Positions 38,321 to 48,826 are shown, counted from the stretch's first letter. The stretch is 64,000 bases of DNA from Gloeobacterales cyanobacterium (GCA_038245785.1 JBBRSB010000009.1:67397-131396); one strand, 5' to 3'. Program-made: numbers and translations. Notes: generated by a model from the sequence alone, not told the origin.

Positions 38321-38961
38321 TAGAAGAACTGCGCTATACATTGCTCGCTGACGGTAGTTCGGACCAAGCTCTTCTCCCAATCCTAACGTGGCTCTTGGAA
38401 TTTCATCTTCCTGACTGCGCAATCCAGCCACAATGGGCAGATCTTCAACGGTTACCCAGATCACTTAAGGATACGTTCCCAAAGCGAATTGAACAGAGTA
38501 TAGACCTATATCCATGTGAGCTTTTATTTGTACATCGTGATGCAGAGAGAGAACCATACCAAAAACGTGTGGAAGAAATCTATAGTGCGATACTGGGAGT
38601 GAATAAACTAGTTCTTGCTCCATTTATCTGTGTTATACCAATTCGCATGACGGAGGTATGGTTGCTGTTTGATGAAGTAGCAATACGTAAAGCAGCCTCA
38701 AATCCAAGTGGGCGAAAACCACTACAGTTTCCTGATATAAAACGACTCGAAGATGAACCTGACCCCAAAGAACTTCTCTATAAATTTTTGCGTGAGGCCA
38801 GTGACCTCTCCCAGAGAAGGTTGAAACAATTTTCTGCTAGTGGACGGGTGTACCGGGTCGCAGAACTCATTGACGATTTTTCTCCTCTTCGTATGTTGTC
38901 TGCATTTAAAGCATTAGAAGGTGAAGTCAAGCAAGTTATTCAGAAACAGAATTGGAGTTAG
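38317..38961 (+). CDS. DUF4276-like (TOPRIM-like) partner of the ATPase
   Basis: DG.SD, FVHRDAE, IP.RMTE.WLL.D..AI, E...DPKE.L; ATGA overlap with the ATPase. Confidence 0.65.
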   Translation: MIEELRYTLLADGSSDQALLPILTWLLEFHLPDCAIQPQWADLQRLPRSLKDTFPKRIEQSIDLYPCELLFVHRDAEREPYQKRVEEIYSAILGVNKLVLAPFICVIPIRMTEVWLLFDEVAIRKAASNPSGRKPLQFPDIKRLEDEPDPKELLYKFLREASDLSQRRLKQFSASGRVYRVAELIDDFSPLRMLSAFKALEGEVKQVIQKQNWS

Positions 38962-39090
38962 AAATAGGCTTTTCCTCAGCATCTGCTCAGCTCAAGATTT
39001 TCGAGCGTAACTTCTACAGCCTATTTCGGAGAATTGCTGTACTAAATTCGAGTGAATGCTCAATTTATGGGAATGCTGTAATGCACTCAT

Positions 39091-39600
39091 CTAGGCCGAG
39101 GCCCTCATCCAGGTCAAGGTTGTGGTGAAGTGAATCATCAACATGGCTACAACCTGAGTGCTGTCTACGTTCCTGAAACCACGCTCAGGGGGCATGAACA
39201 TTTGGATGTTCTCTCCGACGCCTCCCTGACTGGTGAGGAGTGTTTTACGGCCTTCTAAGTCGCCATTGTCGAAATAGAGCGTGAAGAGCTTATCGGTTTT
39301 GCCTAAGTCCCAGCAAACGGTCAGCGCGTCGTCTTTAAAAGTGAACTGGGCGTCCGTCACCCCCTGAGCGGTCATACGCTCGGTTAGCATCGGGATAATT
39401 TCTTTCTGTACTCGTTCTCCCAGAGGCAAAACGGGAGGGGCTTCTTTAGGTTTTGCCGCAGCGGGGGCTGCTGTTTCTCCTGTAGCTGCGGCACCTGCAT
39501 CTGCACTGGGTGCAGGCTTAGCAGGACGAGGAGGCTTGGCAGGGGGCTCAGAAGCCTCTGCGGGGATGATATCAGGGTCAGCCACGAACTGCGTCCTCAA
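39091..39600 (-). CDS. ndhV: DUF2996 family protein (NdhV-like)
   Basis: P/A-rich N-terminus, K.KE.PP, IIP.L......G..D, F.LYF...DL.G.K; divergent; start may be GTG 39585. Confidence 0.5.
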   Translation of the reverse strand: MRTQFVADPDIIPAEASEPPAKPPRPAKPAPSADAGAAATGETAAPAAAKPKEAPPVLPLGERVQKEIIPMLTERMTAQGVTDAQFTFKDDALTVCWDLGKTDKLFTLYFDNGDLEGRKTLLTSQGGVGENIQMFMPPERGFRNVDSTQVVAMLMIHFTTTLTWMRASA

Positions 39601-39618
39601 TAGGGGTTCTGGAAGAGA

Positions 39619-39999
39619 TTAGGCACCAATCTGGTCGCGATATTCTTCACTGGTGAGGGTCTCATCCAGTTCTTCAAGATCGCTCAGCTCTATTTTAACC
39701 AGCCAACCATCGCCATAGGGGTCATCCCCGATAGCCGCAGGCTCATCCACAACAGCGGTGTTTATAGAACTTACCCGCCCGCTGACAGGCGCAATCAGGT
39801 CTTCCACTGCTTTTACCGACTCTACAGTGCCAAATTTGTCGCCCTGTTTGAACTCGGTACCTTCTTCTGGGAGTTCGACAAAGACGATATCCCCCAGCTG
39901 ATCTACCGCATAGGCAGTAATCCCGATAGTTACACTGCTGCTTTTGACCCGTAGGTACTCGTGGGAGTCCACGTATTTCAAATCTTCAGGAAATTCCAT
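39619..39999 (-). CDS. gcvH: glycine cleavage system H protein
   Basis: SHEY, GIT.YA..QLGDIVFV, lipoyl-Lys VESVKA, DPYG.GW. Confidence 0.96.
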   Translation of the reverse strand: MEFPEDLKYVDSHEYLRVKSSSVTIGITAYAVDQLGDIVFVELPEEGTEFKQGDKFGTVESVKAVEDLIAPVSGRVSSINTAVVDEPAAIGDDPYGDGWLVKIELSDLEELDETLTSEEYRDQIGA

Positions 40000-40094
40000 A
40001 GCTTCCGTTGTCTGGGTGTATTGGTGACACTCGGCGCACGCTCTGCATCAATCAAGAATTCTAGCGGTCTTTTATCCTTTGGGTAAGCGTTAGG

Positions 40095-40709
40095 TTATGA
40101 ATTGTTCAGAATCTTTGCGGTGCGCGATAGTACAGTTTCTATCCAGGCAAGGTCTTCCGGCGAATAAATGCGCGGAGTATCCGAGGCAAAAATAAAGATT
40201 CCCTTCTCCCCACAGGGCTGACAGACCAGTGCTTGTAGAGGCTGGGGCAGGTAGGAAAATTCTACTCTTCCTGGAAATAATTTCAGGGAAACCAGATAAA
40301 CAGGCTTCTTCTGGGCGAGAACCCGCTCAAAAATAGGACCAGGTACCACAGGGTCTTGGCTAAGGACGCCTGCTCTTAGTAGAACCTTGCCTTCCCACCA
40401 GAGTAGCAGCGTCCGAGTTCTGGTCCGCTGTAAAACTGTGTTCGCTAGCCAGATAAGTTCTTCTTTGATTTCTGGGTCCATCGGGGGCGTTTCAATCCCC
40501 TCTGGGCCCTCTAAGAGAACCGTCTCAGGGTCTTTCGGTTGAGCTTGCTGTTGAAGGATAGCCACCAGAATCAACACGGCACTCATGCCCAGTCCCAGAG
40601 CATCGGACCGTGCCTGCTCTGGACTCACACTAGCGGTGAGGATCCGATTGAGCATCAATAGCGAACCGCCCAAAAGACCAACAATAAGCGGTAGATAACG
40701 TAAGAGCAT
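40095..40709 (-). CDS. cofactor assembly of complex C subunit B (CCB2/CCB4 family)
   Basis: LP..VG..GG.LL..NR, Q.RSDALG, VYLV.L.LFPGR.EF.YLP...Q...CQP. Confidence 0.8.
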   Translation of the reverse strand: MLLRYLPLIVGLLGGSLLMLNRILTASVSPEQARSDALGLGMSAVLILVAILQQQAQPKDPETVLLEGPEGIETPPMDPEIKEELIWLANTVLQRTRTRTLLLWWEGKVLLRAGVLSQDPVVPGPIFERVLAQKKPVYLVSLKLFPGRVEFSYLPQPLQALVCQPCGEKGIFIFASDTPRIYSPEDLAWIETVLSRTAKILNNS

Positions 40710-40770
40710 CTATTCAGCTTAGGGCTTAGAGGATGTCATCCCATGAAGTCCCTACCGTATCAAGAACCCG

Positions 40771-40911
40771 TACGGTGTATACAGATCTCAAAACCAACTC
40801 AACTCTTCACCTGAACCGCCCCCTAAATCCCCCAATTCTGGGGGACTTTGAGGTCAGAACCCCCCAAAATACCCTACGGAAAGCTGCGCTAAGGGGGGCA
40901 GGGGGGCGATT
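40771..40911 (-). repeat. MITE-like repeat, copy 3 (inverted), carrying a 21-nt insertion
   Basis: Reverse complement of the 12259-12405 element from the TACGGTGTATAC end; extra ACCCTACGGAAAGCTGCGCTA at 40871-40891. Confidence 0.85.
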
Positions 40912-40919
40912 ACAGTAGA

Positions 40920-41660
40920 TCAAGAGCCCTGAGGCTGATTAATGTTGTGCAAACCACACTCTTTCTTGCCCGCATCTTCCCACCACCAACGTCCTTCTCG
41001 CTCATGCTGATTCGGCAAAGTCGGTCGCGTACAGGGTTCACAGCCAATGCTGACAAAACCTTTCTCATGCAAAGCGTTATAGGGGACTTCGTAGGTGCGG
41101 ATATACGTCCACACGTCTGATGAGGTCCAGTTGGCCAGCGGGTTGAACTTAATCAACTGGTTCTCGCCCGTGGAGAAGGCGCTGTCAACCTGAACTATAG
41201 GGACACTGGCCCGCGTCGATGGATTTTGGTCCTTGCGTTGGCCTGTAATCCAAGCATCCAAGCTAGACAGTTTGCGGCGCAGCGGGGCTACCTTGCGAAT
41301 ATCGCAGCATTCCTTGTGTCCATCCTCATAGAAGCTGAAAAGCCCCTTGGCCTTCACCAGCGCTTCCAATTCGGCACTATCTGGATACATGACATCAATC
41401 GTGATGCCATAGCGTTTTCTAACCTGATCGATGAACTGATAGGTTTCGGGATGAAGACGGCCCGTATCCAGGCTAAAAACTTTGACATCTTTATTGATTT
41501 TGTGCGCCATGTCGATCAGGACCACATCCTCAGCACCGCTAAAAGAGATGGAAATATTGTCAAATAGACTGAAGGCTCGTTCAAGAATTTTTTGTGGGCT
41601 TTGACGGGTAAGCTCTGCGTCAAGGCTGGGAATGTCGGATTTAGCAGTGGTCTGCACCAT
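40920..41660 (-). CDS. cysH: adenylyl-sulfate/PAPS reductase (Fe-S type)
   Basis: [40 protein letters not shown]. Confidence 0.93.
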   Translation of the reverse strand: MVQTTAKSDIPSLDAELTRQSPQKILERAFSLFDNISISFSGAEDVVLIDMAHKINKDVKVFSLDTGRLHPETYQFIDQVRKRYGITIDVMYPDSAELEALVKAKGLFSFYEDGHKECCDIRKVAPLRRKLSSLDAWITGQRKDQNPSTRASVPIVQVDSAFSTGENQLIKFNPLANWTSSDVWTYIRTYEVPYNALHEKGFVSIGCEPCTRPTLPNQHEREGRWWWEDAGKKECGLHNINQPQGS

Positions 41661-41733
41661 GATCTGTTTTCCTCTACAGGTCGCGTCTTTTTGCGTCTTC
41701 ATATTCTATCAATCTGGCTATCAATCAGGCGGC

Positions 41734-42447
41734 TTACTCTCTCGTCGGTAAGACCAGAGGCTCACGCATCTCTTGCTTTTCGGGCAATTCCACCAGCTCT
41801 CTTTCAATTTCTTTGACCTTTGTAGGCAGGAGCAAGGCTTGGCGTTCTTCCAAGAGACAAGCTGCAATCGGTAAGGTCTGTTCCAGGTCATCCAAGGGAC
41901 GAGGAATCACAAAGACAGCGTTCAGTTCACCAACCCGTTCAGCCTCTAGCATCCCGGCTTCAATGGCATAGACCACATCAGAGACGCGGCCCTGGATAAT
42001 CGCTGTGCACAGTCCTGAACCAATGCGTTCGTAGCCGATTAGGAAAACCTCAGCCGATTTGAGCATCATGTCGGTAGCGGCCACCAAAGAAGGAAAGCCA
42101 CGGGTTTCCAAAAGGCCGATTGCTTGATTGCTCAGATGCTCATAGCCCTTCTTGAGGATCAGGGGCAAACGGCTACCAATCGGCAAAATTACTTCCAAAT
42201 TGGAAGAAGGACGAGGAATAACCAAAGATAATGCCACTTGACCAAATACTATATCTGCCGCCTCTACCCCTGCTGCAACGGCAATACGTACATCGGCTGT
42301 ATTCCCACGTACAACGGCAGTGCAGTTGGCATCCCCAATTTTTTCATAGCCAACCAACTTCACCCCAGCTGCCTTGATCATGGCATCGGCAACACCGACT
42401 ATTGCGGGGAAACTTTGAGTAGAAACTAAACCTAGAGCACTTTCCAT
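41734..42447 (-). CDS. ccmO: carboxysome tandem-BMC shell protein
   Basis: Two BMC domains, each ending VIPRP..L...LPI; follows ccmN. Confidence 0.92.
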   Translation of the reverse strand: MESALGLVSTQSFPAIVGVADAMIKAAGVKLVGYEKIGDANCTAVVRGNTADVRIAVAAGVEAADIVFGQVALSLVIPRPSSNLEVILPIGSRLPLILKKGYEHLSNQAIGLLETRGFPSLVAATDMMLKSAEVFLIGYERIGSGLCTAIIQGRVSDVVYAIEAGMLEAERVGELNAVFVIPRPLDDLEQTLPIAACLLEERQALLLPTKVKEIERELVELPEKQEMREPLVLPTRE

Positions 42448-42530
42448 GAAGACCCACGCGTAGGGTAGATAAAACGAAACGTCTAGACCCTCTTCATAGT
42501 AGCTTTTCTCCCAAGGACCTCATGCCTTAA

Positions 42531-43091
42531 TTATGGAAGGGTTTGTTTTAAAGATTGTTCGTGGGGAAACAAAGTCGAGCGCAATCGATTCAAATAAGCC
42601 GCTCCGGAGACGTTTTCCCTAGAATTAGGACTGCCTGCTACGGGCGGACCTGAAACCAAAGCTTGGGGCTGGTTCGGCGTAGCAACCTGCTCAGCCTGCG
42701 TCCCTTGAGTGACCGAACTACCGTTGCCTGTTTCTCCTAATTCTTTCTCTCCTATCTCTCCCAGTAGAGAACCCGGTGCAATCACCTGCTCTGAAGCAAC
42801 CGATGGATTGAGCAGGGTCGAGGTGGTGCCAATACAGGCATTAGATCCAATTTTTCCCGCTCCAACCACCAATACCCCTGCGCCCAAACTGGCTCCTGAA
42901 TGGATTTCCAGCGTACCTTCATGCACTTGGAGAATGACGCCCATCCCCAGACAAACCCCAGCCGCGATGACAATGCGGCTATTTGGACCTGCCTGGAGGA
43001 GAACTCCAGGTGCAATCACCGCCCCAGGATCAATAGTTACATCACCCTGGATGTAACTGTTGGAATCCAGGGGTGGTCGCAGTAATTGCAT
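42531..43091 (-). CDS. ccmN: carboxysome assembly protein
   Basis: Hexapeptide repeats, linker and C-terminal VSG..YLNRL..TLFPH encapsulation peptide; ATG 43091. Confidence 0.92.
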   Translation of the reverse strand: MQLLRPPLDSNSYIQGDVTIDPGAVIAPGVLLQAGPNSRIVIAAGVCLGMGVILQVHEGTLEIHSGASLGAGVLVVGAGKIGSNACIGTTSTLLNPSVASEQVIAPGSLLGEIGEKELGETGNGSSVTQGTQAEQVATPNQPQALVSGPPVAGSPNSRENVSGAAYLNRLRSTLFPHEQSLKQTLP

Positions 43092-43092
43092 G

Positions 43093-45048
43093 TTAGGGCT
43101 TCTGGATGAGGGTTTCTGCCACACGACGCTTAGCTTTGGGATCAACACCAATCAGGCGAACATATTCACCAGCGTATTCACGCAATTGAGCTTCCAGAGC
43201 TGCTAGCACTTCCGGCTCCCGTGAGGCCTGAATCAAGCTGCCGCTCTCCCAGGCATTTGCCCGGTAGCGCCGCTTATCAGAGTGCTCTAGGCCGACTTGA
43301 TGACCTTGAGCTAGCAATTGGCGTACTTGGTTCAAGACCTGAGTGTCCAGAGAAGAGCTTGCAGGTTGATTGTACACAGGCGTGGGGGACGCAGTTGAAG
43401 CATAGCTGGAAGAAGCGCTAGGCGCTGAAGCTTCACTGTTGTTTTGTCCAGGGCGTTGAATAATTACTTCTAAAACGCGTCGCTTAGCCTTCGGGTCAAT
43501 GCCAATCAGACGAACGTATTCGCCCCCATGATCACCGACACACGCTTCCAGCGCAGCCAGCACCTCCGACTCACGGGTCGACTGAACCACAGGATAGCTC
43601 TGCCAAGCATTCACCTTGAACTGTCGTTCGTTGGCGTGTTCTGCCCCAATCTTGTTACCCTGAGCCAGAAGCTGACGCACCTTCTCTACCGTATCGGAAG
43701 CAAAAGAAGAGGAGCCGCCAGCGCTGCGGGGTGAAGAAGCAGAAGAATTCCCGCTTACCGTCCCACGCGCTCCTGCGACAAGCCCGTCTGGCTTTTGAAT
43801 TAAGAGTTCCAAGACACGACGCTTAGCCGCAGGGTCAACGCCAATTAAGCGGACATAGGCACCCTCATTTTCTCGCAGAGCAGCTTCTATGGCTGCAATC
43901 ACGTCTGTTTCACGGTTAGATTGAATCAGCGTGCCGCTATCCCAAGCATTCGCTTTGTAACGTCGTGCATTGGCATATTCCGTGCCCACCCGATAGCCTT
44001 GCGCCAAGAGTTGACGCACTTGGCTGATGGTTTCTGGAGCCAAGAGAGCGCTGCCAGCACTACTGCCCATAGAGCTACTAGAAGAACCCGTGGCAACAGA
44101 TTTGATAGGCCTAGACACTTGCTGTCCTGGTCTCTGAATCAGGGTTTCGAGTACGCGGCGTTTAGCGTTGGGGTCAATGCCGATTAGGCGGACATATTGA
44201 CCTTCATGGTCCATTAAGCAGGTTTCAAGAGCGGCTACCACTTCCGACTCGCGACTCGATTGAATCGGAGCACAGCTTTCCCAAGCGTTCACCTTGTAGC
44301 GGCGCTCATCGGCGTGTTCTGTTCCGACACGATAGCCTTGAATCAAGAGCTGACGCACCTGTTCTACGGTTTCTGAATTTAAAAACATAGGCTTGCCCCG
44401 TTCATAAGTAGGACTAAGTTGATCGCGCTCGTTACGGATAGGAATAATGCACTCATCATCCTCTGCGCAACGGTATCCTTCCCGCAAAGCATCGTTGATA
44501 CCGACCACATGGCGGGCAAAATCAGCATCCATTTTCTGTACACTTGGCAGACGGTCTGCCTGCTGCTGATTGGTAATGATCGAACCAGAAGCGATATAGC
44601 GGCCCGCAGGGATTTCTACATCCTGGATCAAAACATGCATCATTACGATGCAGCCCTCGCCCACTTTGGCGTTGAAGACAGTAGAACGAAAACCGATAAA
44701 TGAATTGTCACCCACATAGGCAGGCCCATGAATGAGTGCCATATGGGTGATTGAAGCATTCTGGCCAATCCACACGGAGTAGGAGTTTTGGTCATCTCCA
44801 GTCACCCGCCCCTGTTCTAAGCCATGAATGACTACACCATCTTGGAGGTTGCTCTTTGCACCGATATGAAAAGGCGTTCCTTCATCAGCACGGATCGAAA
44901 CCCCTGGTGCAACCATCACGTTGGCTCCGATACGCACATCCCCAATCACCTGGGAAAAAGGATGGATGTACGCCGTCGAGTCAATCCTGGCCTTGGTCAA
45001 TTCACGGGACCAAGGAGTAGGAGGGGCTGGGGCTGCAATACTAACCAT
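43093..45048 (-). CDS. ccmM: carboxysome protein: gamma-carbonic anhydrase domain + 4 RbcS-like repeats
   Basis: [29 protein letters not shown]; four VRQLL.QG...EH.D.RR....W...YVRLIG.D..AKRRV.E..IQ.P repeats. Confidence 0.98.
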   Translation of the reverse strand: MVSIAAPAPPTPWSRELTKARIDSTAYIHPFSQVIGDVRIGANVMVAPGVSIRADEGTPFHIGAKSNLQDGVVIHGLEQGRVTGDDQNSYSVWIGQNASITHMALIHGPAYVGDNSFIGFRSTVFNAKVGEGCIVMMHVLIQDVEIPAGRYIASGSIITNQQQADRLPSVQKMDADFARHVVGINDALREGYRCAEDDECIIPIRNERDQLSPTYERGKPMFLNSETVEQVRQLLIQGYRVGTEHADERRYKVNAWESCAPIQSSRESEVVAALETCLMDHEGQYVRLIGIDPNAKRRVLETLIQRPGQQVSRPIKSVATGSSSSSMGSSAGSALLAPETISQVRQLLAQGYRVGTEYANARRYKANAWDSGTLIQSNRETDVIAAIEAALRENEGAYVRLIGVDPAAKRRVLELLIQKPDGLVAGARGTVSGNSSASSPRSAGGSSSFASDTVEKVRQLLAQGNKIGAEHANERQFKVNAWQSYPVVQSTRESEVLAALEACVGDHGGEYVRLIGIDPKAKRRVLEVIIQRPGQNNSEASAPSASSSYASTASPTPVYNQPASSSLDTQVLNQVRQLLAQGHQVGLEHSDKRRYRANAWESGSLIQASREPEVLAALEAQLREYAGEYVRLIGVDPKAKRRVAETLIQKP

Positions 45049-45078
45049 TAGCGAATTCCTCTGCGCTAAACAAAATAA

Positions 45079-45381
45079 CTATCGGTCCTGATCTTTCTTG
45101 CTGTAGAGGGAGCGATTATCCACACTGACCGTGTCGATAATGCCCACTACTACGGCATCTAAGGGACGTTTTTCACTACCAGGGACCTGCCGAGCAGCAC
45201 TGCCACGGCTGACCAACACCCACTCCCCCACTCCAGCACCAACGCTATCGGCAGCAACCTCATACTTAGATGTGGGCTGTCCCGCCTCATCGATGAACTG
45301 GAGAAAGAGGAACTTAACCCCCATCAGGCTAGGTTCTTTCTGGGTGCTGACAACGGTCCCCCGGACCCTGGCAATCTGCAT
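45079..45381 (-). CDS. ccmL: carboxysome vertex pentamer
   Basis: MQIA.V.GTVVSTQK, VAAD.VGAG..EWVLVSRGSAAR. Confidence 0.97.
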   Translation of the reverse strand: MQIARVRGTVVSTQKEPSLMGVKFLFLQFIDEAGQPTSKYEVAADSVGAGVGEWVLVSRGSAARQVPGSEKRPLDAVVVGIIDTVSVDNRSLYSKKDQDR

Positions 45382-45722
45382 TAAGGTCTGCCGTAAGGAC
45401 GAATGTTGCTTACGCCTTCACGGAAGGGCTCAACCGCTTCGGTATAGCGAATCGGCAGGACATATTCCAGGTTCTCGTGAGGACGGGCAATGATGTGGTG
45501 AGAGAGCAGTTGGCCACCGCTTACCCGCTTGACTGAATCAATGCCTGCGGAAACAGAAGCCTGTACTTCAGACACATCGCCTCGAACGATAACCGTGACC
45601 CGACCGCTGCTGATTTTTTCGTAGCCGACCAAGGTGACACGGGCTGCTTTTACCATTGCATCTGCTGCTTCTACGACGGCGGGGAAACCCAAGGTCTCAA
45701 CCATGCCTACTGCAATTGCCAT
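45381..45722 (-). CDS. ccmK: carboxysome shell hexamer, CcmK1-like (long C-tail)
   Basis: [25 protein letters not shown]...[12 protein letters not shown]; 113 aa; pore motif KISS. Confidence 0.96.
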   Translation of the reverse strand: MAIAVGMVETLGFPAVVEAADAMVKAARVTLVGYEKISSGRVTVIVRGDVSEVQASVSAGIDSVKRVSGGQLLSHHIIARPHENLEYVLPIRYTEAVEPFREGVSNIRPYGRP

Positions 45723-45760
45723 AACGTTTTCTCTCCTAATTGTTTGTGGGTTTTGATCTA

Positions 45761-46093
45761 CTACGGACGGCGGATAGAACTGGTTTCTTCACGGAACTGC
45801 TCAACTTCTTCGGTGTAGCGAATCGGCAAGACATATTCCAAGTTCTCGTGAGGACGAGCAATGATGTGATGGGATAGCATTTGACCGCCATTGACCCGCT
45901 TTACAGACTCAATGCCTGCGGCTACAGAAGCCTGTACTTCAGACACATCGCCCCGGACAATGACGGTGACCCGACCACTGCCGATTTTTTCGTAGCCGAC
46001 CAAGGTGACACGGGCTGCTTTCACCATCGCGTCAGCGCATTCTACAACGGCCGGAAATCCCAAGGTCTCAACCATACCAACTGCAACTGCCAT
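45761..46093 (-). CDS. ccmK: carboxysome shell hexamer, CcmK1/2-like
   Basis: Same BMC signature, pore motif KIGS, 110 aa. Confidence 0.96.
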   Translation of the reverse strand: MAVAVGMVETLGFPAVVECADAMVKAARVTLVGYEKIGSGRVTVIVRGDVSEVQASVAAGIESVKRVNGGQMLSHHIIARPHENLEYVLPIRYTEEVEQFREETSSIRRP

Positions 46094-46125
46094 AAGGGCT
46101 CCTTTTCAAGTGAGTGATGAAATGA

Positions 46126-46437
46126 TTAACCTTCGCGGAATTGCTCCACCGCTTCGGTATATCGGATCGGTAAGACATACTCTAGATTTTCAGAAGGACG
46201 GGCAATAATGTGATGAGACAAAACTTCACCTCCATAGACACGCTTGACGGCTTCAATCCCCGCAGCAACGGAAGCCTGCACCTCAGACACATCGCCCCGG
46301 ACAATGACCGTTACACGGGCACTCCCGATTTTTTCATAGCCAGTAAGGGTGACACGAGCAGCTTTGACCATCGCATCCGCAGCTTCCACCACGGCCGGAA
46401 AGCCTTTAGTTTCGATCATCCCAACAGCAATAGGCAT
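46126..46437 (-). CDS. ccmK: carboxysome shell hexamer, CcmK2-like
   Basis: [21 protein letters not shown]...; ATG 46437; 103 aa. Confidence 0.96.
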   Translation of the reverse strand: MPIAVGMIETKGFPAVVEAADAMVKAARVTLTGYEKIGSARVTVIVRGDVSEVQASVAAGIEAVKRVYGGEVLSHHIIARPSENLEYVLPIRYTEAVEQFREG

Positions 46438-46589
46438 AGCAAAACTCCTGTGCAACTAGCACACTAAACGCAAAAATCTGGCGAAAGCCAATAGATCGCT
46501 ATTAACAGAGACACTCAATTACTTTGTTCTTAAGAAAAGCAATGATGATCATAGACTTTAGAATAAGGTCGCTGTGCGACGAACGCAAT

Positions 46590-46635
46590 ATTAGACATTT
46601 TTATATTTCCGATAAAACCTATCAGAAATACTTAT
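46590..46635 (-). promoter_or_regulatory. paired LysR-type (RbcR/CcmR/CmpR-like) boxes upstream of the ccm operon
   Basis: ATTAG-N5-TTTAT (46590) and ATCAG-N5-CTTAT (46621), T-N11-A geometry, 31 bp apart; mirrored at 48781/48812. Confidence 0.65.
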
Positions 46636-46831
46636 CAGTGATTATAAAAAGGGCTTGAGCATGGACTCTTCCTCTGTCATGCAGCGACTATGGCCTAAAT
46701 TCGACTGAGAAAGACACGAATCTATGAAACGATTCATCCCAGCCTCTAGATAGGCCCGATTCGCCCGCTTTTCACCAGGATTCTGGTCTAGATAGATTTT
46801 GATGTGGAGCTAGCCTCCACTGAACTAAGTT

Positions 46832-47143
46832 CTATCTAGAAGCCACACAGTTTACCGTCTGAACTTCCATCACATCAGATACGTAGCAAGAGCCACCAAA
46901 CTTATTCAAGATGGGGCGAATAATTTCCACCACAGGGCTGACTTGCTCGGGGTTACAAAAAGCAATGACGTAGTCATTCTCCAACAGCATATCGATATCA
47001 TCGCCAATAGTGCCCCGAACCCCGCTGCCGGAGACATGGCGAATCACGGTGCAGTTCGATACACCTGCCTTTTTCAGGCCTTTAAGAATCTTGCTTAACT
47101 CAACGGAGTCAGAAAAAATTTCGATGCGTTTGATGGGTTGCAT
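46832..47143 (-). CDS. sbtB: PII-like regulator, SbtB-like
   Basis: KRIEI, GVS..TVIR.V.G.G.RG, IRPIL..FGG.CYVSD; directly follows the SbtA-family gene. Confidence 0.75.
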   Translation of the reverse strand: MQPIKRIEIFSDSVELSKILKGLKKAGVSNCTVIRHVSGSGVRGTIGDDIDMLLENDYVIAFCNPEQVSPVVEIIRPILNKFGGSCYVSDVMEVQTVNCVASR

Positions 47144-47179
47144 AGGGATGGGGTGAAATGTTCAGTTACATACATTACA

Positions 47180-48154
47180 TTATCGCCACAATAGGCTAAT
47201 ACCGTATTGGTAAAGTGGAATCCCAATCAGGATATTGAAGGGAAACGTGACGGCAAGCGCAGAGGAGATATATAGGCTTGGATTGGCTTCGGGAACCGTC
47301 ATGCGCATGGCAGCGGGAACGGCAATGTAAGAAGCGCTGGCGCAAAGGACGGTAAATAGGAGTGCATTCCCTGGCGGTAAGTTGATCGCCCGTGCAATCA
47401 AAATCCCAATCGCTGCATTGAGTAATGGAACCAAGATCGCAAAGGAAATCAAGAAAGCTCCGGTTTTCTGTAAATCTTTAATCCGTCGGGCTGCGACCAA
47501 TCCCATGTCCAGCAGGAAAAAAGTGAGAACTCCGTAGAAGATGTCCTGTGTGAATGGCTTGAGCACCTGCCCTCCATGCTCTCCAGTAACAAGACCAATC
47601 AACACACTGCCCACCAAGAGAAAGACCGAGCTATTGAGAAAAGCTTCTTGCAGAACTTCAGACCAGTTGGTTTCTGAAGATTCGCCCTTCTTGTAGGCGA
47701 ATAAATTTACGAGGACCAAACCCACAATGATGGCGGGAGATTCCATCAAGGCAAGAGCTGCAACCATATAGCCATCAAACGGAATTTTCAGTTGGCTAAG
47801 GAAGGAGCTAGCGGTAATGAACGTAACGGCGCTAATAGAACCGTAGGTGGCAGCAATCGCCGCCGAATTGTAGGGATCGAGTTTTAGCCGCAGGATAAAG
47901 AAGGTATAGACCGGGACAAGCACAGACATCAAAATAGCCAAAGCAAGCGTAAGAATCACGGCTTGACTCACACCGCTTTTCGCTAGTTCGACACCGCCCT
48001 TAAACCCAATGGCTAGCAACAGGTATAGAGAGAACAATTTGGGGATGGGCGCGGGAATTTCTAAATCAGATTTGACGAAGACGGCCGTCATCCCCAAAAA
48101 GAAAAACAAAATTGGAGGATTCAGGAAATTAGAAATGACAAGGCTTAGATCCAT
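47180..48154 (-). CDS. sbtA: SbtA-family (DUF897) sodium-dependent bicarbonate transporter, short type
   Basis: PILFFFLG, KSDLEIP, YLL.AIGFKGG, YGSISAVTF, MESPAI, ASASYIAVPA, TFPFN..IGIP. Confidence 0.85.
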   Translation of the reverse strand: MDLSLVISNFLNPPILFFFLGMTAVFVKSDLEIPAPIPKLFSLYLLLAIGFKGGVELAKSGVSQAVILTLALAILMSVLVPVYTFFILRLKLDPYNSAAIAATYGSISAVTFITASSFLSQLKIPFDGYMVAALALMESPAIIVGLVLVNLFAYKKGESSETNWSEVLQEAFLNSSVFLLVGSVLIGLVTGEHGGQVLKPFTQDIFYGVLTFFLLDMGLVAARRIKDLQKTGAFLISFAILVPLLNAAIGILIARAINLPPGNALLFTVLCASASYIAVPAAMRMTVPEANPSLYISSALAVTFPFNILIGIPLYQYGISLLWR

Positions 48155-48314
48155 GGGCTCATGTAGATAGAGGGGTTATATGCTGAAGCTGACCACTGGG
48201 CAAGAGTCAGGTCTCTAGACATATTACATGGATGGGGACAATACAGAGGATTCTCTATGCGTAAGCGGAAAAGAATTTGACTCACGCATAGAAATGGCTG
48301 CTTGCTTTCCTATA

Positions 48315-48629
48315 CTAGTAGCCTTCGCGGAATTGCTCTACGGCTTCGGTGTAGCGGATCGGCAGCACATACTCCAGATTTTCAGAAGGCCGGGCAATGA
48401 TGTGATGAGACAAAACCTCACCTCCATAGACGCGTTTGACGGCTTCAATCCCCGCAGCAACGGAAGCCTGCACCTCGGAAACATCGCCCCGGACTATGAC
48501 TGTTACACGGGCACTCCCGATTTTTTCATAGCCAGTGAGGGTGACACGAGCAGCTTTGACCATCGCATCCGCAGCTTCAACCACGGCCGGAAAGCCTTGG
48601 GTTTCAATCATTCCAACAGCAATAGGCAT
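48315..48629 (-). CDS. ccmK: carboxysome shell hexamer, near-identical duplicate of 46126-46437
   Basis: Protein differs from 46126-46437 only at K11Q and one extra C-terminal Tyr. Confidence 0.96.
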   Translation of the reverse strand: MPIAVGMIETQGFPAVVEAADAMVKAARVTLTGYEKIGSARVTVIVRGDVSEVQASVAAGIEAVKRVYGGEVLSHHIIARPSENLEYVLPIRYTEAVEQFREGY

Positions 48630-48780
48630 GAAATTTCCCTGTGCGATTAGCACAATAGATACAAAAAGATTCGCTAAAACTGGTTAGCGGCAGGGCTAAA
48701 GAAAAACCATCTTCTTCTTAGACAGAAAAATATTGATGTCTCTCCGTTTAACAGTAATGGATAGGGTGAACGATTACAAC

Positions 48781-48826
48781 ATTAGCTATTTTTATATTTC
48801 AGATTAAACTCATAAGAAAAACTAAT
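48781..48826 (-). promoter_or_regulatory. paired LysR-type boxes upstream of the duplicate ccmK-sbtAB
   Basis: ATTAG-N5-TTTAT (48781) and ATAAG-N5-CTAAT (48812), 31 bp apart. Confidence 0.65.

Noticed and set aside
36660..39090. ATPase/DUF4276 pair as an integron cassette
   Set aside because: GTTAGGC occurs upstream and a 10-bp inverted repeat downstream, but there is no complementary R'' and no attC structure
43093..44390. Internal DNA repeats of about 250 bp
   Set aside because: Explained by the four RbcS-like domains of CcmM
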